NCBI GenBank assembly: GCA_964441155.1
Contig: CAYYKL010000001.1
Location: 216,393-280,392 of the forward strand
Direction of reading: 5' to 3'
Length of the DNA: 64,000 nucleotides
DNA from: an uncultured Pseudomonadales bacterium
GTDB lineage: Bacteria; Patescibacteriota; Microgenomatia; UBA1400; RBG-16-45-19
Shown one piece after another: positions 1-9,812 of the stretch. Both the position numbers and the translations under genes were made by a program. A model generated the notes under the pieces. It searched no databases. It was given only the letters and a program-made list of their open reading frames with translations, and had not been told where the DNA came from. Positions within the stretch are counted from its first letter, which is position 1. Every line of letters begins with the position of its first letter.

Positions 1-2042
1 AGGCGAATAATTTCTTTGACCGAGGCAGCATTGACTGGCTCATTCATAAAGCGCAAAGGTTGTGGCAATACTTCATTGAAGTGAATACGACCAACGGTTG
101 TTTGAATAATTCCTGCTTTTCCGCCAAGCTCGGCATCAAGTCGAACCTTAATTGGTTGACGAAGCTTTATGTATCCCAAACCATAGGCGCGCTCGGCTTC
201 GAGAGCACTGGCAAAAATGGTGGAAACGAGCTCAAGCTTATGATCAATTGAGGTGAGATAGTAGCAACCCATGACCATTTCTTTGTTTGGCACTGTGATG
301 GGTGAACCATCAGCAGGTTTAAGCAAGTTGCTGTCAGGCATCATCAAGTCAATTGCCTCTTGGCGAGCAGCCTCAGACAAAGGCACATGGATAGCCATTT
401 GGTCACCATCAAAGTCCGCGTTATAGCCCGCACAGACACATGGATGGATCCGGATGGCATTTCCTTCCACCAAAACGGGGAAGAATGCTTGGATACCTAG
501 CTTGTGGAGTGTTGGCGCACGGTTTAAGAGCACTGGATGATTTTCGATAATCCGCTCTAAAATGTCGTAGACCTCAGGCACTCGACGAACCAATGCATGT
601 TTAGCTGATTTAACATTCGGGGCAATGCCGGTTTTAATGAGTTCACTCAATACGTAAGGCCTAAACATTTCCAGAGCAATGTCTTTTGGCAAACCACACT
701 GATTGAGTTTGAGCTCGGGCCCCACAACGATAACACTGCGGCCAGAATAGTCGACACGCTTACCAAGAAGGTTTTGGCGGAATCGGCCTTGTTTGCCGCG
801 AAGCATTTCCGAAAGTGAGCGCAATTCTTTGCGAGCTCGACGGACGGTTGTTTCGCGGGATTGGCTCGAGTCAATGAGCGCATCAACTGATTCTTGAAGC
901 ATGCGCTTTTCGTTGCGCAAAATGATTTCTGGCGCACCCAAGTCAATTAAATGCTTCAAGCGATTATTACGGTTAATAACTCGGCGATAGAGGTCATTGA
1001 GGTCAGAACTTGCAAACCGACCACCAGAGAGCTGCACCATGGGGCGCAAATCTGGAGGAATAACCGGAAGTGAGGTTAAGACCATCCATTCAGCGTTGAT
1101 GTTAGCATTTTTCATGCCTTCAATTACACGCAGTCTCTTGGTGGCTTTAACTCGTTTTGCTCCAGTTGATTTTTTAATTTCGGAGCGCATTTGTGAGCTT
1201 AAGCTTTCAGCGTCAATGTCGCGAATAAGCTCAATAACTGCTTCGGCACCCATACCCACTTTGATGTGTTCAGTTGCATTGTAGTCAGCGAGTTTTAAGA
1301 ATTCGTCTTCAGTGATAATGGAGCGCACTTCGAGTCGTCGCACCATATCTTTGACTGTTTTGAAGACTTCGGTGGCATTTTCAATATCACCATCGAGCTT
1401 ATCTTTAAGGTGTTGAATGCGCTGCTTGCTTTTGAGCTCGGCTTCGGAAACTTTGAGTTCCTTTTGCTCGGCTGAAGCTGTGTCTTTTTTGATTTCAGCA
1501 ATTCTTGCCTTGACTGCAATTTTTTCTTTCTCCATCGATTCTTTGGCTTCGGTTTTAAGCATGTCAATGCGAGCTGCTTGCTCGTCTTCAAGCGATGCCA
1601 TAACTTCGCCACGCTTATCAGTATCAACTTTCAAAACGACATATTGAGCGAAGTAGACGATGCTCGAAAGATTTCGGGGAGAAATATCTAGCAAGAGGGA
1701 GAGCTTTGACGGTGCACCTTTGAAATACCACACGTGAACGACGGGGCAAGCCAGGCGAATGTGACCCATGCGCTCGCGCCTAACTCGGCTCAATGTAACC
1801 TCAACTCCACATTTATCACACTTGATGCCTCGATAACGAATTCGCTTGTATTTGCCACAAGCACATTCCCAGTCTTTTACCGGGCCAAAGATTGCCTGAC
1901 AAAACAAGCCATCTTTCTCTGGTTTCAGTGTGCGATAGTTGATGGTTTCTGGCTTGGTGATCTCTCCATGTGACCAGCTTTTAATCGTCTCAGGAGAAGC
2001 GAGTTTGATTTGTAGTCCTTTGAAATCGAGTGTGTTTTTCAT
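1..2042 (-). CDS. rpoC: DNA-directed RNA polymerase beta' subunit (5' part; runs off window start)
   Basis: Manual translation from ATG at 2042 gives MKNTLDFKGLQIKLASPETIKSWSHGEITKPETINYRT, Zn-finger CACGKYK...CDKC, and catalytic NADFDGD near 400-425. It lies directly downstream of rpoB. Absent from the ORF track because the stop is outside the window. Confidence 0.98.
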   Translation of the reverse strand, partial: MKNTLDFKGLQIKLASPETIKSWSHGEITKPETINYRTLKPEKDGLFCQAIFGPVKDWECACGKYKRIRYRGIKCDKCGVEVTLSRVRRERMGHIRLACPVVHVWYFKGAPSKLSLLLDISPRNLSSIVYFAQYVVLKVDTDKRGEVMASLEDEQAARIDMLKTEAKESMEKEKIAVKARIAEIKKDTASAEQKELKVSEAELKSKQRIQHLKDKLDGDIENATEVFKTVKDMVRRLEVRSIITEDEFLKLADYNATEHIKVGMGAEAVIELIRDIDAESLSSQMRSEIKKSTGAKRVKATKRLRVIEGMKNANINAEWMVLTSLPVIPPDLRPMVQLSGGRFASSDLNDLYRRVINRNNRLKHLIDLGAPEIILRNEKRMLQESVDALIDSSQSRETTVRRARKELRSLSEMLRGKQGRFRQNLLGKRVDYSGRSVIVVGPELKLNQCGLPKDIALEMFRPYVLSELIKTGIAPNVKSAKHALVRRVPEVYDILERIIENHPVLLNRAPTLHKLGIQAFFPVLVEGNAIRIHPCVCAGYNADFDGDQMAIHVPLSEAARQEAIDLMMPDSNLLKPADGSPITVPNKEMVMGCYYLTSIDHKLELVSTIFASALEAERAYGLGYIKLRQPIKVRLDAELGGKAGIIQTTVGRIHFNEVLPQPLRFMNEPVNAASVKEIIR

Positions 2043-2103
2043 ATAGTTTCTAGTTTCCTTTTGTGTGATGCTCTCCTTCTCAGGAAAGTATCGATAAAAA
2101 GTG

Positions 2104-5100
2104 TTACTCCTCCTCCTTCAAACTTTGCTCATCCGGACCTTCGAGAGTTTCTAAGCCCTCTTCTAAAACATCTTCATCACTCTCAGCTTCTTCATCAGAA
2201 TCTGGCGCATCGTCGTCGTCATCAGCGGTTGCAGGTGGCACGGTGTCATCAACCATGGCGGCAACAACAGTTTCATCAGTGCCGATCTCGGCTTCATCGA
2301 TGTCGTCGCTGATAACCACTCCGCTGCCATCATCGGCAATTGGAATGATGTCTAAACCAAGTGAATTCAACTCTTTCACCAACACTTTGAAAGACTCTGG
2401 AATTGTGGCTTCAGGGATGGGCTTGCCCTCGACAATGGCCTCAAAGGCTTTGGCTCGGCCAACGACGTCATCTGCTTTGATGGTTAACATTTCTTGCAGT
2501 GTATGCGCGGCTTTGTGTGCCTCAAGTGCCCAGACTTCCATTTCTCCTAAGCGCTGTCCACCCATTTGAGCTTTTCCGCCCAATGGCTGTTGTGTAACCA
2601 AAGAGTATGGACCAGTTGAGCGAGCGTGCGTTTTGTCGTCAACCATATGGATGAGTTTCAAGATGTACGCCACACCTACCACGGTATCTTCTTCATAGGG
2701 CTCACCCGTGCGTCCATCGATCAAGCGAGCTTTACCACTCACTGGCAATTTGGCTTTTTCTAGTTCTTTGGTGATCTCAGATTCTTCAACTTCTTCGAAT
2801 ACTGGCAAGGCAACTTTGTAGCCAAGCTTGCTGGCAGCTAATCCAAGGTGAGCTTCCATGAGTTGTCCCAAGTTCATACGAGCCAGAACTGATAGAGGAG
2901 AAATGATGATATCGACTGGTGTGCCGTCAGCTAAATGAGGCATGTCGGCAGACGGGATGATTTGGGATATGACACCCTTATTACCATGACGTCCAGCGAG
3001 TTTGTCTCCAATCGTAACTTTGCGCATTTGAGCCACACGTACGACAACTTTTTTGATGACTCCTGGATCAAGCTCATCACCTTCGCCTCGGTCTAAAACC
3101 TGGACGCCGATAACCGTTCCTTCGTCACCATGCGGCATACGAAGAGAAGTATCACGCACTTCTCGAGCTTTTTCTCCGAAAATGGCTCGAAGGAGTCGCT
3201 CTTCAGCGGTGAGTTCGGTTTCGCCTTTGGGAGCAATCTTGCCGACCAAAATGTCATTTGGTCCGACATAGGAGCCAACCACCACAATGCCATCTTCACC
3301 AAGGTTTCTCAGTTCCATTTCGCCTACATTTGGAATGTCGCGAGTTAACTCTTCGGGTCCCAACTTGGTGTCCATGACCGACACATCGTATTCATTAATA
3401 TGAATCGAGGTGAGGGCGTCTTCTTTGACCAAGCGGTCAGAAACGATAATGGCATCTTCATAACCCAATCCTTCAAAAGAGGTGTAGGCAATGACCATAT
3501 TTTGTCCCAGGGCCAATTCACCCTCGTCACACGCTGGTCCGTCAACGATGACTTGATCTTTTTTAACCGTGTCTCCGGCATGTACCAAAGGTTTTTGCGA
3601 GTAACAGGTTGATTGAGCTGAGCGGTGGAATTTTTGGATATGATAGGTTTCTTTTTTGCCGTCAGCACTAACTTCGATTTGCTCGAATTCAAGCTCGTCA
3701 CTCGATAAACTGCCAATATCAACTGGCTTGTCGAGCGCAAGTACAATCTTAGTGGCATCAACGTAAGCGACGGTACCCGCATTTCGAGCATTAATCGTGT
3801 GGCGCATGGCCTCCACAATCGAGGTTTCCATACCGGTTCCCACAATGGGGCTACTTGGTCGAACCAATGGTACTGCCTGACATTGCATGTGAGTGCCCAT
3901 CAAGGCGCGGTTGGCTTCGTCATGAGAGATAAACGGAATAAGTGAAGCAGCCACACCAACGACTTGGCGAGATACCACATCAATAAATTCAACTTCTTCA
4001 ACATTTGATTCAAGATATTCACCTTTAAATCGAACTGGCACCCATTCTTCTTTGATATAGCCTTGTTCATCGATATTTACTTCAGCGTGGGTGATATGGA
4101 ATTCGGCTTCGTCATCAGCAGCCATATAGACAACCTCGTTGGTCACACGCATCTTGACGGTGCTTCCTTTGGTTTCTTTGACCACTTTGCGATAGGGTCC
4201 TTCCAAAAAGCCATACTCATTGACTCGAGCATAGAGTGACATGTAGGTCACAAGTCCAATGTTTGGTCCTTCAGGTGAGCGAACCGGACAAATACGGGAA
4301 TATTGACTAGAGTTAATGTCACGCATTGAGAAGCTGGCGCGCTCTCGAGTCACACCACCGGTACCCATGACGGACAAGCGCCGCAAGTTGTCTAATTGGG
4401 CCAATGGGTTGGTTTGATCAAGAATAGTCGACAAACGATTACGGCGGAAGAATTCGGAAATAGTGGCAATAATGGGCCGAGCATTAACCAGGGCACTGGG
4501 ACTAATTCGCTCATCAGTTTTGGTGAGCGACATTTTTTCTCGGATTGATCGCTCCAAACGAAGCAAGCCAATACGGAAGGCAGAAACACTTACCAATTCG
4601 CCGACACTGCGTACCCGGCGATTGCTCAAGTGATCGATATCATCCACTCGGCCAATACCATTTTGCAGACCAATAATATATTTGAAAGCGGCAATAAAAT
4701 CTTGGGGGTGGAGGACGCGATGGGCGTCGTCATTGGGCAAGTCGAGATTCAATCGTTTGTTCAGTTTGTAGCGACCAACGTCACTTAAGTCATAACGTCT
4801 GGCATCAAAGAAAAGGCCTTGCAAAAATTCTTCGGCATTATCGAGCACTGCAGGTTCGCCAGGGCGCATCTTTTCATAGATTTCAAGCAGTGCTTCGGCT
4901 CGATTGGCAGTGGGGTCTTTGAGTAAAGTTGCTTCGATGTAATTGTGTTCTTCGTTGGTGTTGACGTCTTTGAATAGTTCTAAAATTTCCTCATTGGTCT
5001 GGAATCCAAGGGCACGCAAAAGTGTCGTAGCCGTAATCTTGCGATGACGATCGATCTTGATGGCGATTACGTCGTTTTTGCTGATAGCAATTTCCAGCCA

Positions 5101-5586
5101 AGAACCTCGCATGGGTCGCAATTCTGCTTGATAGAGCATGCGCCCGGTAGTGCGATCGATCACCCCAGAATAAAAAATGCCCGGCGAGCGGACAAGTTGG
5201 TTAACAACAGCACGTTCAATACCATTGATGATAAAGGTGCCGGTGGTGGTCATCTTCGGGATATCTCCCATAAAGACTTCTTGCTCCACCTCTTCACCCG
5301 TTTGCAAATTCTTGACCTTGGCAACCACGCGTAGCGGCATGTCATAGGTCAAGCCTTTTTCTTTTGCGGTTGAGGGGGTATGTTTTGGCTCACCAAAGTG
5401 GTAGTCGCCAAATTGGAGTGACCAATTTTTTCCGGTAAAATCTTTGATCGGATTAATCTCTATAAAGGCTTGTTTAATGCCTTCGCGCAAAAACCACTGG
5501 TATGAATCTTTCTGAATTGCAATGAGATCTAATTCTGGAAGCGGTAGATTTGTTTTACCCCAGTAGTTTCGGTTAGTTTGCGCCAT
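2104..5586 (-). CDS. rpoB: DNA-directed RNA polymerase beta subunit
   Basis: 1160 aa; GTFIINGIERAVVNQL, PEGPNIGL, GDKLAGRHGNKG, HARSTGPYSLVTQQPLGGKAQ, GEMEVWALEA. Confidence 0.99.
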   Translation of the reverse strand: MAQTNRNYWGKTNLPLPELDLIAIQKDSYQWFLREGIKQAFIEINPIKDFTGKNWSLQFGDYHFGEPKHTPSTAKEKGLTYDMPLRVVAKVKNLQTGEEVEQEVFMGDIPKMTTTGTFIINGIERAVVNQLVRSPGIFYSGVIDRTTGRMLYQAELRPMRGSWLEIAISKNDVIAIKIDRHRKITATTLLRALGFQTNEEILELFKDVNTNEEHNYIEATLLKDPTANRAEALLEIYEKMRPGEPAVLDNAEEFLQGLFFDARRYDLSDVGRYKLNKRLNLDLPNDDAHRVLHPQDFIAAFKYIIGLQNGIGRVDDIDHLSNRRVRSVGELVSVSAFRIGLLRLERSIREKMSLTKTDERISPSALVNARPIIATISEFFRRNRLSTILDQTNPLAQLDNLRRLSVMGTGGVTRERASFSMRDINSSQYSRICPVRSPEGPNIGLVTYMSLYARVNEYGFLEGPYRKVVKETKGSTVKMRVTNEVVYMAADDEAEFHITHAEVNIDEQGYIKEEWVPVRFKGEYLESNVEEVEFIDVVSRQVVGVAASLIPFISHDEANRALMGTHMQCQAVPLVRPSSPIVGTGMETSIVEAMRHTINARNAGTVAYVDATKIVLALDKPVDIGSLSSDELEFEQIEVSADGKKETYHIQKFHRSAQSTCYSQKPLVHAGDTVKKDQVIVDGPACDEGELALGQNMVIAYTSFEGLGYEDAIIVSDRLVKEDALTSIHINEYDVSVMDTKLGPEELTRDIPNVGEMELRNLGEDGIVVVGSYVGPNDILVGKIAPKGETELTAEERLLRAIFGEKAREVRDTSLRMPHGDEGTVIGVQVLDRGEGDELDPGVIKKVVVRVAQMRKVTIGDKLAGRHGNKGVISQIIPSADMPHLADGTPVDIIISPLSVLARMNLGQLMEAHLGLAASKLGYKVALPVFEEVEESEITKELEKAKLPVSGKARLIDGRTGEPYEEDTVVGVAYILKLIHMVDDKTHARSTGPYSLVTQQPLGGKAQMGGQRLGEMEVWALEAHKAAHTLQEMLTIKADDVVGRAKAFEAIVEGKPIPEATIPESFKVLVKELNSLGLDIIPIADDGSGVVISDDIDEAEIGTDETVVAAMVDDTVPPATADDDDDAPDSDEEAESDEDVLEEGLETLEGPDEQSLKEEE

Positions 5587-5743
5587 AGACTTCCCGTCCT
5601 TTTCAAATTATTGACTTTGATTAACTCGCCGTGCGTATAATTTCTAATCTTTTAGTATGTAGCAACTTAGTTCACGTCTTCACTACCTTATATATTCGCG
5701 TAGCTAAAGACATCGGTTTGTAGTGATTTCCAGGCAGCAGCAG

Positions 5744-5772
5744 AAAAAAACGGGGGTTTCTCGCCCGTTTTT
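5744..5772 (-). terminator. Intrinsic terminator/attenuator-like hairpin inside the rpoB leader
   Basis: Minus strand AAAAACGGG-CGAGAAACC-CCCGTTTTTTT: GC stem followed by a U7 tract. Confidence 0.6.
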
Positions 5773-5932
5773 ATATCAGGGTTTTTTGATTTAGCAAATC
5801 CGTTTAGTCGGAATAGAACTCATGTAATGGCGCCTGGTCTATTTTTAGACAAAAAGAACTTCTCCCACGCCTTGAATTTTCTTATTTTGGCTGGAAAGAA
5901 AGAACTTGAAATCTATTACAAAACAATAGGCT

Positions 5933-5961
5933 ATACTAACAACACCCGCGCGCCTTGTCAA
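5933..5961 (-). promoter_or_regulatory. Sigma70-type promoter for rpoBC
   Basis: Minus strand TTGACA (5961-5956), 17-nt spacer, TAGTAT (5938-5933) preceded by TGn. Confidence 0.7.
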
Positions 5962-6026
5962 CAGGGCAAAATCGAGATTGAGACGTGATGTCAATTGTCA
6001 TAAGAATATAGCATCACCTTTACTGA

Positions 6027-7610
6027 TTATTTTACAATTTCCAGCGACGTGAAGTTGGGGACACCGCGAGCGTCTTTGTGTTGAGTAAGCTTTCCTTGAG
6101 GAAAACAGGAGATGAAAGCTTGAATCTTCTCTTCTTCAGAGGGTCTAAAAATTAGCAACTGAGATTTGCTCGAATCAATTTGTTCACACGATGTCACAAA
6201 TGGATCGTAAGTTATATGCTCTCTGCCTTCTTGATGTTGCATGGAGTAGAGAATTGCCTTGGGCTCAGGTTGGCCAAATTCACCCCAACAACAGTTGGTT
6301 AAGACTATTTTTGTGTCCGGTGGGAATCCATCCACATAGCGAGCAATCTGAACTGCCCAAGGCTGATTATCTTCGGGCAATCCTGCCGCATATGCTCCAA
6401 AATAATGAGTGAGATTGAGGTAGGCCACGGCAAACATGAAAACCACGATGATGAAACCCTGCAGTTTTCCCGCGAGGGCACTCGCCTTTTCGAGTCCAAA
6501 GGCTATAAGAAAGAGAATGTATGGCAAAACCCCAAGTGTTCTTGGCAAAGATGGTACTTCTTTGTAGGGAATTCCTGGAGCCAGAGTTGGCAACAGCAAC
6601 ACGGCAATAGGCAGCAACACGCTCCAACGATTTACTTTTTTGTTTTTGAGCCAAAAAAACAAACCCAAGAGCAATAAAACCCCACTTATCCTATCCAGAT
6701 GAGGTTTGTTGGCAACGTTGGTTCTAAAGCCTTCGTCGCCATGAACATGAAACATCCCGAGTGTACTTGCTAAGCGTGACAGGGAGTTTTTTGCCAGTAT
6801 TCCCATACATGCTTCAGATATAGGGTTTTGATCTTCGACACACCCGTCCACAGAAAAAAGCTTATGTCCAACATAGCCTTGAGTAAAATTGTATTTTTCG
6901 TGAGTAACCGTGGTGAAAAATAAACCCACGCCGATTCCTATTGAAATAATTGTGATACCTGCGACCTTTAGAAATGTTTTACGGGATGGCTTTTTTGCAA
7001 TGACTTGGAAAACCGAAAAAAGCGGCACCAAAGGCAGCAGAAATACTGCCGGATACGTCCATAAACTTAAAAACGCGATTCCCCAAGCGAGCCCTAAATC
7101 AGCCAAAGATTTTGTTCGAGTGAAACGTGCTACAAGCCAACCTGCCATCGAAACGAGCAAGACACTAAACATAAGCGGTGTATTGCCAATTCGCGCGAGT
7201 ACTAGATGCCAAAATGTCACCGAGCCCAGTGTGGCCGCAAGTAACCCCGCTTTTTTCCCAGCCAGTTCTTTGGCAAGCAAATACACAAAAATAAGGTTTA
7301 TGGCACCCATTGTGACTGACACAGATTTATAGACAATATAGGTCGAGCCGAATGCCCTAGAAACAATGCTTGTGATCAATAAGGGAAGCGGACCAGCTGA
7401 GAGTGAGAATTCCCCTGAAAAAGAGCCATTGAGAAATGACAAAACACGCTCATGAACAATAGAGATATCACCATACCATTCTCCGGGCAATGTTTTTAGA
7501 TTGAGGCCAGCGACAAAAAAGTAATAGACAATGATTAAACCAAGGGCAAAAATCTCTCTAAAGGTTTCTTTGGAAAACTTGCTAGAGAGCGCAAAGCGGC
7601 TGGAGATCAC
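6027..7610 (-). CDS. GT-C fold (PMT/ArnT-like, GT39-type) membrane glycosyltransferase
   Basis: About 12 hydrophobic segments; N-terminal loop EWYGD; YLLAKELAGKKAGLLAA; R-x-x-G-V-L-P motif; C-terminal extracytoplasmic domain. Confidence 0.75.
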   Translation of the reverse strand: MISSRFALSSKFSKETFREIFALGLIIVYYFFVAGLNLKTLPGEWYGDISIVHERVLSFLNGSFSGEFSLSAGPLPLLITSIVSRAFGSTYIVYKSVSVTMGAINLIFVYLLAKELAGKKAGLLAATLGSVTFWHLVLARIGNTPLMFSVLLVSMAGWLVARFTRTKSLADLGLAWGIAFLSLWTYPAVFLLPLVPLFSVFQVIAKKPSRKTFLKVAGITIISIGIGVGLFFTTVTHEKYNFTQGYVGHKLFSVDGCVEDQNPISEACMGILAKNSLSRLASTLGMFHVHGDEGFRTNVANKPHLDRISGVLLLLGLFFWLKNKKVNRWSVLLPIAVLLLPTLAPGIPYKEVPSLPRTLGVLPYILFLIAFGLEKASALAGKLQGFIIVVFMFAVAYLNLTHYFGAYAAGLPEDNQPWAVQIARYVDGFPPDTKIVLTNCCWGEFGQPEPKAILYSMQHQEGREHITYDPFVTSCEQIDSSKSQLLIFRPSEEEKIQAFISCFPQGKLTQHKDARGVPNFTSLEIVK

Positions 7611-7619
7611 AAAGGCTTT

Positions 7620-7832
7620 CTACTCTTCAATCGAGAGACTCGAAAATAGTTCAATCGCATTTTGGATTGCTTGTTGTTGCACGTTGCTCGACACCGGCTC
7701 AAGCACTGTTTGTTTGGTGAGAGAAAAGGCAATTTTTGCAGACCACCCCAGCACAACCACGAGCCAAAGGCTCGAGAAAATGAGTAATCCCATGACTATG
7801 AGCGGATGTTTATCGAAATGGGTCTTGGACAT
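7620..7832 (-). CDS. Small single-TM protein of the pilMNO operon (70 aa)
   Basis: Likely start MSKTHF at 7832, overlapping the end of the pilO-like gene; one TM helix. Confidence 0.55.
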   Translation of the reverse strand: MSKTHFDKHPLIVMGLLIFSSLWLVVVLGWSAKIAFSLTKQTVLEPVSSNVQQQAIQNAIELFSSLSIEE

Positions 7833-8370
7833 AGACAATCCCTCCAATCGTAAATTCACCTTCACCATGCAATCCTTGAGGCAGTCTCGAATCGACTTTG
7901 GTAATCGAAATAATGTAGGGCAATGTTTCGATTTTTTTCAGCATCTCTAAGATTTGGACATTCGTGGCCATCAATTGCATGGAAAACGGGATAACTAACT
8001 CTGTTTTTTGCTTGACTGGATCAAGTGTCGAAAAATTCATTTCGCCATCGGGATCAATTTCGGTAATTAAGCCTTCAATGCTTGATACAAAATCAATTAT
8101 CGTGGTTTCACTGGGGAAAACCTGGACCAACTTATTGATTTCATCGAGGTTAGTTTGCACAAAACTTTGCAAACCTTGATTCGTCTGCTGAGAAGATTGC
8201 AGGCTATTCAGCTCAGTTTTGAGGGTGTCAATTTTTTTCACCTGCTCGCTGGCCATAAGCAATAAAATGGCACTCAAAACTATGCCCAATGAAGTGACCA
8301 CTCCAGCAATAAGCAACATGCGCTCAGTTCGTTTGCCGATATTAACAACTGCTTGTCCAGGTGAGCTCAT
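7810..8370 (-). CDS. PilO-like type IV pilus alignment protein
   Basis: N-terminal TM, coiled coil, then LKKIETLPYIISITKVD (PilO-like); ATGA-coupled to the pilM/N gene. Confidence 0.75.
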   Translation of the reverse strand: MSSPGQAVVNIGKRTERMLLIAGVVTSLGIVLSAILLLMASEQVKKIDTLKTELNSLQSSQQTNQGLQSFVQTNLDEINKLVQVFPSETTIIDFVSSIEGLITEIDPDGEMNFSTLDPVKQKTELVIPFSMQLMATNVQILEMLKKIETLPYIISITKVDSRLPQGLHGEGEFTIGGIVYVQDPFR

Positions 8371-9812
8371 GATTGCTCCTTAGGTGGGGTGTAACTAAAT
8401 TCCAGCGTAAATTCAACTTGCTCACTCCCACTAAACGAAGAAAGTGGCAGCGCAATTTTCGTGAATTGACCACTCTCTTCCATGGCATTGCGCAGTGCAA
8501 TCAAGTCTTCACGCTTAGTTGCAATTCCTGTCAGAGAAAACTGTTGTTTGCCGCTATCAAAGCTCAAATTTACAACGGTAATTGCGGACGGTATGAGCTC
8601 GAGCAAAGTGCTCAATGGTTTTTGCGGCGTCGTTTTTTGGGTAAAAAGCGCGCTGAATCGGGTGCTTAAACGGTTGATTACCGGAATATTGATTGAATCC
8701 TTCGACATTTCCACGACTGGAGCAGCGGTCGCCTGTGACGCCTTAATCGCATCAACTTTTTTTTGTGTATTCATATAGTGCATTTGAGTAAACATAAAGA
8801 GTGCGAAAGACAAAGCAATTGAAGGCAAGGATAACGCCACTACAATACCCACCAGTCGCTTGGACCAGATATACGAACTCTTGGACCGATAGTGAGCCAC
8901 AATCGCTTCGGGCAACAGATTAATGCTGAGTGCACTTTCTGGAGGTTGCACTTCACCTTTGGCGGCAACAAATGCCAAATGAAAAGCGGGCTCTAAATTT
9001 TTCACTTCAAGCATAGAAGCGCTTAAGCCCAATTGTTCACCCAGGTAGTCTGCTATTTGCTGACTTGCAGCTTCTCCAGCTAATAGCAATTGCAAGGGAG
9101 GCATTCCCGGCGCATCTTCTTTGCTTGCATGGATCACCAACTGCTTGAGTGCTTCGATTATTTGAACCGATGACTGGGCAGACGCGGCATCAAAAGAAAT
9201 GGTCGAGGTAAGCGATGAAACTCCGTTTACCACCAGTGTCGAAGTGGCACCATTTTTTTCAAGTTCGACGATAATTAAGCGTTTGGATTTGTCTTCAGGC
9301 ACAAGCCGCGAAATCGCCGAAGCCGATGGCTCAAACCCCACCGGCATAAAGCGTGCCGCAATCAACGCTTCTCGCAATTCATCCAACCATTTGCGCTGTA
9401 TGGCGACAACTAAAACACGAGTTTCTTTGTCGGTAGCTTTAAGCATTTTCCAGTCGAAATAGATTTCGCTTGAGGAAAAAGGGAAAATTTTCTCTATCTG
9501 CCAATTAATTGCTTCACCAATTTCGCTCAATGGAATTTTTGGCAACACGTATTCCCTGGTATATGCAAACTTTTCTGGGATCGTGATTGCTGCAAGCACC
9601 ATTTGATCAGAAATACCCTCACGCAGATTCTTTAGACTTGCAATAAGCGCGTCTTTATTGATGGCATTCATGGAAAACAGTGGCGCCTCAAGGGCGGCTT
9701 CATGTTTATATGATACCGATGACCGAGCATTAACACGAACCAAGCGGACACTTGATTGGCCTAAAGAAATGCCAATGTGGCTTTTTTTGAAAAATAAATC
9801 AGTAATAAACAT
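8367..9812 (-). CDS. pilM: PilM-PilN fusion protein
   Basis: N-terminal actin-like PilM (IGISLGQSSVRLV, IYFDW, LLLAGEA), then the INLLP motif, TM and PilN domain (FSLTGIA...FTKI). Confidence 0.85.
   Translation of the reverse strand: MFITDLFFKKSHIGISLGQSSVRLVRVNARSSVSYKHEAALEAPLFSMNAINKDALIASLKNLREGISDQMVLAAITIPEKFAYTREYVLPKIPLSEIGEAINWQIEKIFPFSSSEIYFDWKMLKATDKETRVLVVAIQRKWLDELREALIAARFMPVGFEPSASAISRLVPEDKSKRLIIVELEKNGATSTLVVNGVSSLTSTISFDAASAQSSVQIIEALKQLVIHASKEDAPGMPPLQLLLAGEAASQQIADYLGEQLGLSASMLEVKNLEPAFHLAFVAAKGEVQPPESALSINLLPEAIVAHYRSKSSYIWSKRLVGIVVALSLPSIALSFALFMFTQMHYMNTQKKVDAIKASQATAAPVVEMSKDSINIPVINRLSTRFSALFTQKTTPQKPLSTLLELIPSAITVVNLSFDSGKQQFSLTGIATKREDLIALRNAMEESGQFTKIALPLSSFSGSEQVEFTLEFSYTPPKEQS

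Noticed and set aside
60-5334. Numerous short ORFs overlapping rpoB/rpoC (and similar shadows over other genes)
   Set aside because: These are antisense or off-frame shadows of conserved genes with no independent coding signals.
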